Shown: one piece after another, positions 1 to 13,140 of the stretch
Numbering within the stretch: position 1 is the stretch's first letter
Layout of the letters: the number at the start of each line of letters is the position of its first letter
Origin: Octopus vulgaris
Taxonomy: Eukaryota
Length of the DNA stretch: 64,000 bases
Assembly: GCA_951406725.2 (NCBI GenBank)
Contig: OX597814.1
Location: forward strand, 49,786,001 to 49,850,000
Direction of reading: 5' to 3'
Notes under the pieces: generated by a model
What the model was told of the DNA's origin: nothing
Database searches by the model: none
The model's input: the letters and a program-made list of their open reading frames with translations, nothing else
Position numbers and translations under genes: made by a program

Positions 1-19
1 CCAAACCACCTCCACTAGG

Positions 20-170
20 GGCACTCATTTCTACAGCTGAGTGGACTGGAGCCACGTGAAGCGAAGTGTTTTTGTTCAAGAACACAACGCATCACACAGT
101 CCAGGAATCGAAACCACAATCTTACGATCGTGAGTCCAACACCCTAACCACTAAGCCACCGCGCCTCCAC
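20..170 (-). mobile_element. tRNA-derived SINE (family A), 5' part
   Basis: Reverse complement starts GGAGGCGCGGTGGCTTAGTGGTTAGGGTGTTGGACTCACGATCGTAAG...GGTTTCGATTCC (A-box/B-box-like). Related copies lie at 26818, ~36760-36900 and ~46140-46270. Confidence 0.8.
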
Positions 171-349
171 TCTAACATTCTCCACACTATTATTTGCAGC
201 TTTATCTACTTCGAGTTCGACCCTTAAAAATGATTTGTTGCATCTTTATATGTCAAAGGCAGACAAATAATAGCGAATTTGCAACTATTTCTCAACATTA
301 ACTAGATGGAAAATTTGACAACACAAAAACTTTAATTTCTTGTGTTGTC

Positions 350-498
350 TCCGTCACTTAGCGGTTCGGCAAAAGAGACTGATAGAATAAGTACTGGGCT
401 TACAAAGAATAAGTCCCGGGGTCGATTTGCTCGACTAAAGACGGTGCTCCAGCATGGCCGCAGTCAAATGACTGAAACAAGTAAAAGAGTTAAAGAGT
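350..498 (+). mobile_element. SINE family B, 3' tail fragment
   Basis: CTTAGCGGTTCGGCAAAAGAGAC...GGTGCTCCAGCATGGCCGCAGTCAAATGACTGAAACAAGTAAAAGAG is the reverse complement of the tails at 23470-23610 and 43390-43520. Confidence 0.8.
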
Positions 499-1489
499 AT
501 AAGGTTATGGTTTCGCTTTTGGCAACTGCTAATTTGAGAAAGGGCCTACAATAATTGAGGCGCATCATATAAGCCGTCAATTAAGGCGTGTCATATAATC
601 ATATCACAGCCCACAACAGCTGTACTGAACCACATACTACAAAACGGAAGTAGTCGAGCCATCGAGTGAAATTCTACATAGTTGCATGACCTGCGATAAA
701 TAGTAGAATTTCTTTCAAATATCCCCATACTTTCTTAAAACGGGAATATTGAATAATGTGTTTCTAGATACGATACATCTGAAAAAAACGAAAATGAGCT
801 AAAAAAGAAAACAAAAATAAATTAAAGACAAAATAGTCACGGCTGCAAAATATTTTCATCATCGTTCAGCTTCATCAGATAAATCGGGGCCGAACAACAG
901 AAGCAAGCCGAAATAATCGAACACTAGTGCTAAAAAACGACGTCGATTACTTACTTTCTATCAAGTGACTATTAAATGATTCAATAAAATATATTTATAA
1001 CAATTTATATTATTCACAAATCATGGTCAATATACCACAGCATTTACGCCAGGAGTAATTGTTGTATCACCCGAATAGTTGTGATAACAAGGCAGTCTGC
1101 GAGTTAACAGTTATAACGAAAAAGCTCACAAGCAGAAAAGAAGAAAAGAAAGATAAAAAAAAGTTTCTACATTTTATCGGCGTTATCGTTCATACTAAAT
1201 ACAACTGGGATTTGATAGCAATTCCTTGTGGATAGAATATTCCGTAGCAGGGCTCGAGTTATGGGCTGTATAGAACTCCACTGAAATGTGTACCTAATAT
1301 TTCTACTCCATGTTATTGGTCTTAACAAATGCTCTGTTCAAGCAGGCTTTGCTTGCTCCTTTCTGCCTTCTTCATATATACAAGTATGCATATGTCTTTT
1401 AAGTGTACAATCAAACATAAATATATGCTCACATATAGACACACACATAAACACACCCATGCCATTGTGTAGAATTTTACAGCATTGTT

Positions 1490-3290
1490 AACTGGCTGAA
1501 AGAAAATTCGACGTCATTCAAACAAATGCAGCTCATATTGCATCAGCAAGAGATATAATTCGAAAGATTCATAGAACACGATGAACATTCCCAAAGGATG
1601 CATATAGAATTAAACATAAAACAGTCTAAGGATTCCCATCAGAAAATTATAGACATTACCCAGATATTGAATGAAGAAACATTGTTCCACGATACAAGAA
1701 ATCCACATGTTCTGAAACGGATAACGTCGTCAAAGTTATAATAATTCTATGTTATTCGTCGACCAAGGAATCACGTTAGTCTTGGGACAAGGAATAGTAC
1801 GAAGGCATTGTTTCAGGTAGAATGGCAAATACAGGACAATTCTTGACTTGTGTGATTACTAGACTCTGCGAATTTATATTATGAAAAACCCTCGGGATTT
1901 TAACCTTCAATGAAGCAATATGAACACTTTACTTAAACAAATATTTGGTAAACCATCTTCTCTATTTTACAAAGGAAATATTTCCAAACTGGCCGAACGT
2001 GATATACACAACTTCTTTACTTACATCACAATAATAAACCGAGAATATTAACGGTTTAAATTTTGATAAAATGATTCCTGACCAACTTGTTATAACGGCT
2101 TGTTACATTGTCTCTGAGCTTTACTCGCATAGAAAAGTTCATATAGAGCATGAGTACTAAATACAATTGAATATAAATCAAATACAGAAGTGACTACAGA
2201 ATATCGATAATTATAATTTTAAACATGACGAAAAAAGAAACCCGTATGGCTGCTGTTACTTCGGACAATAAAAGTGCAAAATCTCAGCATAAAGGCAATG
2301 CTGACTTAGGAGTTATGTAAATTTTAAAAGCTCTCATCTCAGAAATACAACAAATAGGAGCCCAAAAGTCAGATTGAAAGTAGAAACTATACTAAAATGT
2401 AATCATTCTAAGAAAACAAGTGCAGAATATGCTTCCCAATATTTATTCATTTCACCCAGAATGAGTGGTAGTCAAATTTACCACTCACTAATTGTAAGTG
2501 GGTATCAGCCTATTCAGTGCATGGAATATTAAAAAGTTAAAATAATATCGAATATGCGACGATAGAAAAATATTATTAGTTGAAGATTAATACTTTTCTC
2601 AATTTCTGGCAAGTGCTACAGACATTACTGGGTATGTTTCAACCTTTTCTAGCTTCTTGAGCAAAGTATATCTCAATGTTGCTGGAAGAAAACGAGCCAC
2701 AAAGTTAATAAATAGAAATGAATAACTTGTTGGTCTAAAAAATAGGATTTGTTTAAAAATACAGTTAATTATGAAAAGCTATCTGTATGACAAATAAGTA
2801 AGCGAGCTTCTGTCTATAAAATCACTATATCACACTACGTTATCTTCAGGGAATATGAATACCCCAGAGAGTTGAAGTGCTTTGTAACGAAATGATTCTC
2901 CAAATATTTCGGCAAATTATGAATGTTAAATCCACCTATGAACAGTATGATGCCAGCTACGTAGAGATCAGAATTATCATAGGTGCAAATTTAGAAGAAA
3001 TATCGTATTGATCAGACAAAATTCCGGGTAAAATATTTTGATTTTCATCTTTCAACAAATAAAACATAGTTTATTTGCACGCAAAATAAAATACTTTGGC
3101 TTCTCGTCAACACGCATTAGTATGGAATCGCAGCAAAACATCAAACTACAAATAGTAATAACTTTTATCTAAAAACTGAAGTAGAGCTGCCATACTAGAA
3201 TTTTTAAAGTTCTTCCTATACTCGGTAACTACGCAATTATCGCAAGAACAGTTACAAAGAACGGTTGCTGATACAATCCCTCAAACAAGA
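1490..3290 (+). mobile_element. Heavily decayed Ty3/Gypsy gag-pol remnant
   Basis: Manual translation across stops and frameshifts gives gag-like text (SKLAERDIHNFFTYITIINREY*RFKFDKMIPDQ, ~1985-2085). RT-like remnants follow near 2900-2990 (PNISANYEC; ASYVE where YLDD is expected). No intact ORF. Confidence 0.5.
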
Positions 3291-3683
3291 TAATGTCGCA
3301 TGCGTATATACACATGTGTGTGTGTGTGTAATATATTACAGTTTATAACATTCACAAGGTTTAATAATTGTAATTTTAAGACAGTTCGAGACTCAATATT
3401 TTCAGAAAACTTGAAACATATTCATGCTAGGCATGTAACATGAAGAAAAGTAGAATAAATAGAAACAACGAAATTCTAGCAGCTGATATACATTCATTAT
3501 TTATGAACGATTAGTCTTTATCCACACGGTGGTCTTGCCTTGGAAATGCAATTTAACTATATATTTGTTTTGCAAGATTCTTGAAGTGAAATCGTGTGTT
3601 GAAGCAAATATTATTATACTTGGGGATGGTCATCGTTCACCGATTAAGCACGCCCACCATTTATTTGATCTTCACTTCAGCTC

Positions 3684-3749
<66 letters not shown>

Positions 3750-4425
3750 TTTATTTGCCAAAGTTCTTTCGTCACACACATTGTGACCTCTTCAGTGGCT
3801 TTCTGTCCCACGTGTATTCTCTTGTCTTGGCTATTTTGTCTTTTTGTGGTATGTATTCCTATCTGCACATACGTTTACGTTGTATATATGTGTGTGTGCC
3901 TGTTTAGTACTTGTGTCTTGTGTACATGTATATGAATTTGTATGTAACCCGTGTCTTTTATTTATTTATTTATTTTTCTTTCTCATTCTGTCTTTAGTAT
4001 ACATTATTATACTTGGGGATGGTCATCGTTCACCGACTAAGCACGCCCACCATTTATTTGATCTTCACTAATTAGTTTTGCATATTACACTGTTTGTACC
4101 TGTGTCATTTATTTGTTCTTTTCTCATTCAGTCTTTAGTAGTCAGATTGTTTAGTATGGTGGAATAATGGTTGTGGTGTTAGTACTCCATTCACGTTTTC
4201 TGTTGAGGCTCGGTCTATCTTCTATTATGTGCGTGACCTCCGTAAATGTTTCAGTGTCGTGTCTGTTCTATGTGTCGATAAGGTCCTGAAATCTAGATTA
4301 TTAACCGAACCTCCATGTTCTAATTGAGCATGCTGATAGAACACTGACGAGCTTTTCTCCTCTTTGAGCTACCGCCAGTGTACACTTATCCGCCCACCCA
4401 TGCTACGTGCTGTCTCTGTAATGCA
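3750..4425 (-). mobile_element. Penelope-like element 3' fragment (GIY-YIG C-terminus plus 3' tail)
   Basis: Minus-strand translation ITETARSMGGRISVHWR*LKEEKSSSVFYQHAQLEHGG resembles the GIY-YIG motif YIGET.R...R..EH. It is followed by a 3' tail with a hammerhead motif, AATAAA and (TAA)n. Confidence 0.7.
3757..3799 (-). ncRNA. Minimal type I hammerhead ribozyme-like motif
   Basis: Minus strand reads GCCA-CUGAAGA-GGUCAC aaugugu GUGAC-GAAA-GAAC-UU-UGGC. Both core boxes (CUGANGA, GAAA) are present, with stem I GCCA/UGGC, stem II GUCAC/GUGAC carrying one extra G, and a very short stem III. Confidence 0.6.
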
Positions 4426-5200
4426 CATAGATAAGTGCAGCGAATCGCTCCTTTGTAAGATGTGTGGCAGCAAAAACGAAGCAAACTCATATATTGTGAG
4501 TGAATGTAGCAAGTTGGCCCAAAAGCACTTCAAAAGAAGGCACGATAACGTGGCTAAGTTTGTCCAATATATGCTATGTGAAAAGTACGGCCTGAACAGA
4601 GCACGGAAATGATATGTATATGAACCAGAAGGAGTCACTGAGAACAATGAATATGAAATACTGTGAGATTTTACAATCCAACGTGACTTCCTAATCGATG
4701 CTTGGATTTTACAATCCAATGTGACTCCCTAATCGATACTTGGATACCAGTTATTGCCCTGGTAGATAAAAAAAAGGAAACCTAGATTATAGATATTACA
4801 ATGCCTGGAGATGCACGCATAAGTGACAAATAACTAAAAAAGATTGAAAAGTACAGACTACTAAAAGACAGAATTACAAGAATGTCGACTATAGGGAGAG
4901 TATCTGTCACACCAATAGTTGTAGGGTCACTCGGAACACTAACAACCAAGTTCGAGAAATATGTTAGAGAAATCTGAATTGACATGAGAGCAGATCAAAC
5001 TCCAAAAACTGCTCTGCCGGGGTCAGCTAGGGTTTTGAAATTGGTACTTGTATGTTAAATGTTTTCCACGATAATTAACCAGGGGGCAAAGCTTATAATG
5101 TGCGGAAAGAGACCCTGTGAGACCTCTGACAGCAGGCTACTGTTCGCTCTCACAGAATCAGACAGAGCAAACAAGACAGAGCGCTCTAAAAAAAAAAAAT
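4420..5200 (+). mobile_element. R4/Dong-type (RLE) non-LTR retrotransposon, decayed 3' fragment
   Basis: Degenerate CCHC-type knuckle (CKMCGSKNE...IVSEC) and RHDNV, then IIDITMPGD, KKIEKY, PIVVGSLG and a terminal KTALPGSARVL. These are typical RLE-domain motifs, here with stops and frameshifts. Confidence 0.85.
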
Positions 5201-5205
5201 AATAA

Positions 5206-5603
5206 TCCTTTTTGCTATAGGCATAAGGCCTGAAATTTGTGGGGAGGGTGATAGTCAATTACATCGACCACAGTACTCAACTGGTACTTAATTTATTGAC
5301 CCTGAAAGGATGAAAGGCAAAGTCGACCTCGGTGGAATTTGAACTTAGAACGTAACGCAGACAAAATACCTATTTCTTTTCTACCCTCAAGGGGCTAAAC
5401 ACAGAGAGGACAAACAAGGACAGATAAACGGATTAAGTCGATTATATTGACCCCAGTGCGTAACAGGTTCTTATTTAATCGATCCCGAAAGAATGAAAGG
5501 CAAAGTCGACCTCGGCGCAATTTGAACTCAGAACATAACGGCAGACGAAATACGGCTACGCATTTCGCCCGGTGTGCTAACGTTTCTGCCAGCTCGCCGC
5601 CTT
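5206..5603 (-). mobile_element. SINE family C with internal tandem core
   Basis: The tRNA-like head AGGCGGCGAGCTGGCAGAAACGTTAGC is read from 5603. The core GTCGACTTTGCCTTTCATCCTTTCGGGGTCGAT occurs twice. Confidence 0.85.
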
Positions 5604-5639
5604 TGTAACAACAACAACAACAATGATAATAATAATGTG

Positions 5640-5822
5640 GAAACTAGAAATACACTACAATCTAGCTGTATTGCAAAAATCGGAATTACTTGGAACTGCA
5701 CGCATATTGCGTAAAGTATTGTCTGTCTGAGGTCCTTGTTGTGACTTGACAGACACTACAAACACTCGGTACATACATCTTCAATCAACAACGTCATTAT
5801 ATTGGATACTGTGCGACGTCTT
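5640..5822 (+). mobile_element. R4/Dong-type extreme 3' end
   Basis: YNLAVLQKSELLGTARILRKVLSV* followed by a 3' UTR, with (AAT)n on both sides. Confidence 0.75.
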
Positions 5823-6442
5823 AAATAATAATAATGATAATAATAATAAAAGATAAGGATGTTTTTCGCAGTCGTTTAAGACTCTAGAAAAAATAAAATG
5901 AAATCGCCAAATCTCTAAACCAAACCGTTTCATTTTATAAAAGCGAACAATGGATAATGTTTTGGATATGCTATTTGAGAAAAAAAAGAAGGTAGAATCA
6001 TAGGATTGATAATTCTATGAGAGATAACCTAGAACTAAGCAATAACAACAACAACAACAACAGCACAACAGCAACAATAACAACTACAAACAACCAACGG
6101 CTGATTTCACCAACCAAAGTGGGAGCCTTTTATTGAGCCTTTCAGCCAGCTACAAATAGCAGCCAAATATCACTCTGACGTTTTAAAACAGGTCTCACTG
6201 AATAATGTATTCCCTTGCTTGAAGAAAATATGTGGTTGTTAGAGCCGGAATGCTTTTGGTTGTATGTCAATCAAAACTGGCGGTAAACAACAGTGATAAT
6301 TACTGCTACTTCATGAACCTTTATACCAACCCACTATCAGTTACTATTGCTCTCAATCATTATTTGCCATTAACTATAACAATGACTCCTTTATCCAAGA
6401 TTTGAATGCATCCAGGCTTATTGAACTGCGATTTGCATGTTT

Positions 6443-7100
6443 TATGAGGGTCAGCTGAAATGTTCATAGGCTGACTTTGATACTCTTATGGAATGTGACC
6501 AAATGAGGTTTATTTTTCAACTTAGCCCCCCCCCCCACTCCCTTGCAGTCCACACACTTCTTCCATCGGCGTTGCAGCTCTTGGATCACATTGGTGAAGA
6601 AGCTCTCATCCTGTTGCTTAGAAAAATAATCAACAACAGATATGACGTCATCATCACTATGACACTGGTTCCCAATCAAGCATTTTTTTCATGTTGGGTA
6701 ACAGATGATCGTCAAATAGGGAAGATGATCAACCAGTTCAAAGCCATAATCAAGCACAGCAGCCATTGAAAGCAAAGACTTGTGTTCTGGAACATTATCC
6801 TGATGAAACAAGACAACTTTCGTCAGTTTTCCTGGACGTTTGGTCTTGATAGCCTGTCATAACTGCCTTAGCATGTTGGCATAATACTATCCATTGATGA
6901 TGTGTCCCTTTTGAAGGCAGTCAATAAACATAGCGCCTTTTTCATCTCCCAAACTGAAGCCGTTCCCTTCCCAGCAGATGAAACAACCTTGGTGTTCTTT
7001 GGAGCAGGTGAGGAGGGATGTTTCCACTGCATAGATGATCTCTTTGTCTCTTGCTTGTAGCTGAAGTCGCGAAGACATAGTTTCAATGTGAGATCTCAGA
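6443..7100 (-). mobile_element. Decayed mariner transposon (internally deleted transposase)
   Basis: Motifs ETKRSSMQWKHPSSPAPKNTKVVSSAGK, FIDCLQKGHIING and FFTNVIQELQRRWKKCVDCKG. A terminal TATGAGGG resembles a mariner TIR with TA. Confidence 0.85.
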
Positions 7101-7129
7101 TTATTTAGGCACATTTCTCCGTGTGTTAT

Positions 7130-7880
7130 ATCGGTGGTGTACATTTATCTTCATCAGCAATCTTTGGTGATATACACTAAAGTTATCGGAAGGGGGGGGG
7201 CATAAAAATTCACATTCCTGCTTTTGTTGGCTAGATCTTGTTGAGATTTCAGGACCTATTACAATCGCATAAATACGATATTTTCGTTGTTGATCTAGAT
7301 TCATCTTCTCAGGCAACCAAAAATTACACTGCTACATTTGTATCCAGTGTAGGATCTCTTCATCGCTATTTGTATTCAGTAATAGGCGGCTTCCCAGATA
7401 TTAAAAGTAGTTCACCACCTGACCATATACTTGAATAAATGAACCGGATACGTCGTTGTTGGGTACTGGTTGGTACAAGAACTTTGTTTTGCTTGTGTTG
7501 AAAACTAGACCCATGTTTTCACATGTTCCTGTTAACATATCGGTAACTATACGTAGTTTTTTCTTGGCGGAAGTTGCACCAATTCTGGCATGGTCACTGT
7601 ACTGAAACTTAATTATCGATATGGAGTAGAATTAAAGAATTAAATTTGTTCTACCGATGGAGTTTTTGCATGGAATCTGTTATGGATGAATAGTTTTCCA
7701 TTTGTGTGATCTGAAATCTGCGGGTTATGTGAGAATTTATCTATAATTTGCTCAGTTATAGCAGGAAGGATGTTGAAAAAAGAATGTAGTGGTAACGGAA
7801 AGGCACTACACTTCGGTTTTGATGCAGTGCACAAATAGCGTAACAGTGATGAAGTTTTGTGAGTAGCCAAGTTCAGCTAT
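7130..7880 (-). mobile_element. Possible decayed Gypsy gag/protease remnant
   Basis: YAIVIGPEIST weakly resembles the retropepsin FL(V/I)DTGAEIS motif. No intact ORF. Confidence 0.25.
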
Positions 7881-8379
7881 CACTTATTGATCTTCACGAT
7901 TTACGGAATCCAGTGTCGCAATGATTATGAAAGAAAGCCATGAACATCATCACACCTGAGTGTCCTTTCATATTTTTTTAGGCGACGGATTACCATCCAT
8001 ATCACTTTTACATAATATCGACATCATCTACAAGGTAGCCTACAATACTTGCTTGACTTGCTACAAAAAGTAGCCAAATGTGTCAGGTTACATCCCACAA
8101 TCTTAAAAGAAGTACGAAATGAATAATGATAAACTGATTAGCAGAACAAGGAGTAGAAAGAAAACGGATGCTTAATTGGATTACTCCAGCTAATGCTAAA
8201 TGACTTCAAAAATCACCAGCGCCAACGAGGAAATTCCTGTGTGGTTGCTTGATTTGTTAGAGATAGCATCCCAATCTTCCTCAGGTTACACTTTATCGTC
8301 TTGAAAAGAAGGAGATGCATTAAATAATGCAGGGCTAGATAGGCAATACCTGAAAGAACTTTTATAATAGGTCCGGTTA

Positions 8380-8795
8380 GTTGGACGAATCTGCGACTGA
8401 GTTAACAACAACCAGCTCCACCACTTCCTTGTTTTTATTGACACCACCACCACCAAAACCACCATCACCACCACTACCACCGCCACCACCACCACCACCG
8501 TACCAATATCCAGCACTATCGCCAACATTACCCTTTTCGACACCACTATTAGAATTTATCAATTTATCATTACAATAAAGACATCACTACCACTAACACT
8601 TACAATCGCATCATTCTTAACACACATCTACTACAACCATTATCATTACTACTATCAAATTACCAGCCTTACTATGAAAGTCTTGCTATCACCGCCGCAA
8701 CCACTAAAGACACCACCACCACCACCAGCACCACCAGCACCACCAGCACCACCACCAGCACCACCAGCACCAGCACCAGCACCAGCACCACCACC

Positions 8796-8826
<31 letters not shown>

Positions 8827-8849
8827 CCACCACCACCACCACCACCACC

Positions 8850-8924
<75 letters not shown>

Positions 8925-9155
8925 GCTGCTACTGCTGCTGCTGCTGCCGCCGCCGCCGCCACAACAACCACCACCGCTACAATCACTACATAACCTCGTC
9001 TACCAGCACTACTAATAAAACCACCACCATTATCATCATCAGCAGCAGCATCTATTAAAGCCATCAAAATAACCAACATCACCACTAAAGACACCACTAC
9101 CAGCAACAACACTACTACCATTGCTTGCTATAGCCACCGCAACAAGTACCAGCAT

Positions 9156-9202
<47 letters not shown>

Positions 9203-10480
9203 ATACAACCCATACTAAAGCCACTACCACCATCACCACCACCACCACCACCACCACCACTATCACTAACACTTTCCTGTCATAGTCTTAAATAGAATGA
9301 TCACTACCATCAACGCCAACATTCTCACACACAATCCATATGACTACCATCGTCATCGTCAATCACACCTCATACCACGACCACCACCACGACCACCACC
9401 ACCATGACCACCACCACCACTGTTAACTTATCGTTATCTTAAACGTAACCATCACTACAACCAATACCAACACCAGCGCCATCATACATTATCGTATCAT
9501 CACCATTGTCAGCATCACCAGCACTACCACCATAACCACCGAAACTACCAGTAGTAGCATCAGCAGTACCACTACCACAACCACCACTACCACCACCACC
9601 TCCACAAACACCACCACCACCACCACCAACAACAACAACAATATCCCCACAAAAATACCACTACCGCGACCAGTACAATGACGATCACCACCACCACCTC
9701 CACAAACACCACAACCACCACTACCACAACCCACCACCACTACCTACCACCACCACGACAACCACCACCACCACCGCAACCATCATCCCCACAAAAATCC
9801 CACTACCGCGACCAGTACAATGACGATCACCACCACCTCCACAAACACCACTACCACAACCACTACTACCACCACCACCACTACCACCACCACCACCACC
9901 ACCACCACCACCACCACCACAACCATCATCCCCACAAAAATCCCACTACCGCGACCAGTACAATGACGATCACCACCACCTCCACAAACACCACTACCAC
10001 CACTACCACAACCACCACTACCACCACCACCACCACAACCACCACCACCAACCACCACCACCATCGCAACCATCATCCCCACAAAAATCCCACTACCGCG
10101 ACCAGTACAATGACGATCACCACCACCTCCACAAACACCACTACCACAACCACTACTACCACCACCACCACTACCACCACCACCACCACCACCACCACCA
10201 CCACCACCACAACCATCATCCCCACAAAAATCCCACTACCGCGACCAGTACAATGACGATCACCACCACCTCCACAAACACCACTACCACCACTACCACA
10301 ACCACCACTACCACCACCACCACCACAACCACCACCACCACAACCACCACCACCATCGACAACCATCACCACCACTACTACCACCATCTCCCTACTACTA
10401 ATATTGTCATTCAACATCATCACTACTAATATTGTCATTCAACATCATCACCACTACTATCAATAACTCCACAATTACCA
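8380..10480. repeat. Compound trinucleotide tract (CCA/CTA/CTG/ACC) with embedded ~140-148 bp minisatellite
   Basis: Seen directly. The core CCCACAAAAATCCCACTACCGCGACCAGTACAATGACGATCACC occurs five times between 9640 and 10270. Confidence 0.95.
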
Positions 10481-10522
10481 ACGAGCACGCACACCACCCG
10501 TAGCTGCAGTACGTCATCTTAC

Positions 10523-10567
10523 CCATTCACTGTCAGGACTGCTGGTTATTACTGCAGAATAGTTCAG
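10523..10567 (-). CDS. Candidate 45-nt internal exon of an unidentified host gene (LNYSAVITSSPDSEW)
   Basis: Long (CT)n polypyrimidine tract then TTTTATTATGTCACAG| acceptor, 45 stop-free nt (phase 0), and donor TGG|GTAAGA. It is a unique island between microsatellites. Confidence 0.6.
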
Positions 10568-10613
10568 CTGTGACATAATAAAAAGAGAGGGAGATAGATA
10601 AAGAGAAAGAGAC

Positions 10614-10666
<53 letters not shown>

Positions 10667-11316
10667 GAAGAGACGGAGAGAGGAAGAGATGAGGAGAGGG
10701 GAGAGAGATGGTAAGAGATAAGGAGAAAGAGAATAAAGTGTAAGAGATAAAGTAGAGAGGAGAGGAGAGAGAGAGAGAGAGAAAGTACAATAATAGACCA
10801 ACTGTCATACACAGATGATATTGAACCGATGACCACCTCCAGCGGTGTAGCCTTCAAACAAAGATTTTAGCCTCTACATACATAGACACACAGAAACACA
10901 CACACACACACACACACGCACACACACACACACGCACACACACGCACAAACGCACACACATACGTATACACATAAACGATGAAAATATATGTATAATTAA
11001 ATAGATACATATAGATAAGCTCATATAAACGTACAAATACTACCCAACATATTCATATATACATACATGCTTAGATACATACATATATAAACACACAAAC
11101 ACATACATGCATATATTTATATAGACATACATTCAAAGATAGGTGCATATGTATGTATGCGTCTGTGTATGCATACATCCCCATATAAGCGTGTCTCTGT
11201 ATATGAGTATATCAGTATTCCAGATAGATAGATAAATAGGTAGATAGATAGTTAGATAGATGTCTAAATAGAGATAGTATATTCATATGTAAGTGCGTAT
11301 GCAACTATTCATAAAC

Positions 11317-11421
<105 letters not shown>

Positions 11422-11989
11422 CATCTATCTATCAACCTCTCTCTCTCTATCTATATTTTCTCTCTCTCCCTATATATACATATATCACTATCTCAAGGTG
11501 TGGCTGAGCGTGTATGTATGTGTTTATGAATTCTGGCATACGTACCACTGTTATCTATATATCAATCAATGTATGTATACCTCTAATCTGAAATAGAAAG
11601 ATGTAGAGACATAAGCACCTATGCATAAATAACACGCAAATATACACGAAAAGCTTAGGTATTATCAGTTAAATAGGATATAGAAAGATTTATACAAATG
11701 TACGCATTTACACATGTATGTAGACGCAAGCATGCATATGCACAACCATAGCGAAAACTTACTCAACGCTGCTATCTAGAATGGAATATTATTTATTCAA
11801 ATGAGTCTGTACAAGTTACTATTCGGTGTTTCTTGTTCTCGGTATTTACGTTCCCAGTAGTTATGGTTCTTGACGTTTTATTACAGAAACACCGCGGCCT
11901 TTTCATAGTACACGTATTACACACAAAATTCCGTAACCTGAAATTTGGTTTGTAGAGTGATTATACATTATGGTTTATTGAAGATTTCT

Positions 11990-13140
11990 GATAAACACAC
12001 CGATGCTCATGTAAATTACATGTATAATACACAAAATTAACTAAACTTAAATGTGGTCTTTATTGTGATGATGGGCTCATTGTATCAACAATATGAATTG
12101 TTGCCTACTAAATTTAAGAAAGAATCTCATCAAAACCCTCAAAGAAGTTTATCTGAAAAACAAAGTAGACATTGATTTAAACATTATTTTCTTTTACATT
12201 TCACCAAAATTAGATAGTAATAGAACTCACCTGTAGGAAACCTAGTGAAAGGCTATTATACATTAAGAAAATGTCTAACCACCCTCTGCCCATCATCAAG
12301 GATCTAGTTAATATTTCTTAGCTTATCAAGTAAATCTATGGATGAAGCCATGTTCACTGGATCGTCGGAATAAAAAAAAAAAACGTCGTACTAAAGTTAA
12401 GCAATTTCAAGGACAAAATATTCCGAAAAAACCACACACCATACGCAACTTAAACGCTTATAAATGATGCAAACGAAAAATACTCTTTTAAGCATCCCTT
12501 TATTCTCATTGTACAATTAAATCCTGGCAGTGGTTTTGTGACTCGGATACAAAAGAACTTCCGTTATAAATTAAAACTTTGAATAGAAACATTACATTTT
12601 GCCTCAGTTGCATACATATAGCCAACACCAAATTCAAAAAACGTATCTGACACCAACAACACCAATCTTTTTTTTTTTTAGTATGCAACTGCACCTACTC
12701 AAGAGATCAAATCTATATTGTACTGAGCTGATGTATTCACGTTTAAATCAACAACGCTACCAGAACCTAAATTGACATAACAGAGAACACATTCAAAATA
12801 AAGAATCTGCCAGTCCAACCCCTTCGAAGTTGTAAACAGAAGAGCAAAAACCAGCGTGTTCAACTATGTACGGTTACTAAAAACCAACCAAATACTAGAT
12901 ATAGCATCGGATGGATGCTTTTAAACTGCGCAAGAGCATACGAACAAAATGGATTTACCACTTATGTACCGTAGAAAGGGTCATATTGCATAGTTCAGCT
13001 AACTTTGAATGTAAAATCTGATTTGATTTCTTTACAGAAGCATACTCACTGAACTTCCAAAATAAAACAACAGCATCATCTTCTAACAGATCATGCACTA
13101 AAAAACAACCAATAACAACATTCCTCTACGTGCTCACGTA
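11990..13140 (+). mobile_element. Decayed Penelope-like element (RT-thumb-GIY-YIG)
   Basis: GLYCDDGL (for GLYRDDGL) at ~12055, RKPSERLLYIKKMSNHPLPIIK at ~12235, LNRN at ~12580, CNC at ~12685 and IDITENTFK at ~12770. Many stops. Confidence 0.7.

Noticed and set aside
850-885. Minus-strand CTGATGA...GAAA spacing like a hammerhead
   Set aside because: The intervening bases cannot form stem II.
9640-10270. CRISPR-like repeat-spacer appearance
   Set aside because: The spacers are (ACC)n microsatellite, the repeats are too long, there are no cas genes, and the context is eukaryotic.
8286-10438. Poly-Pro/Val/Thr/His/Gly ORFs resembling formin, mucin or extensin
   Set aside because: These are translations of trinucleotide repeats, open in several frames and on both strands, with no splice or domain context.
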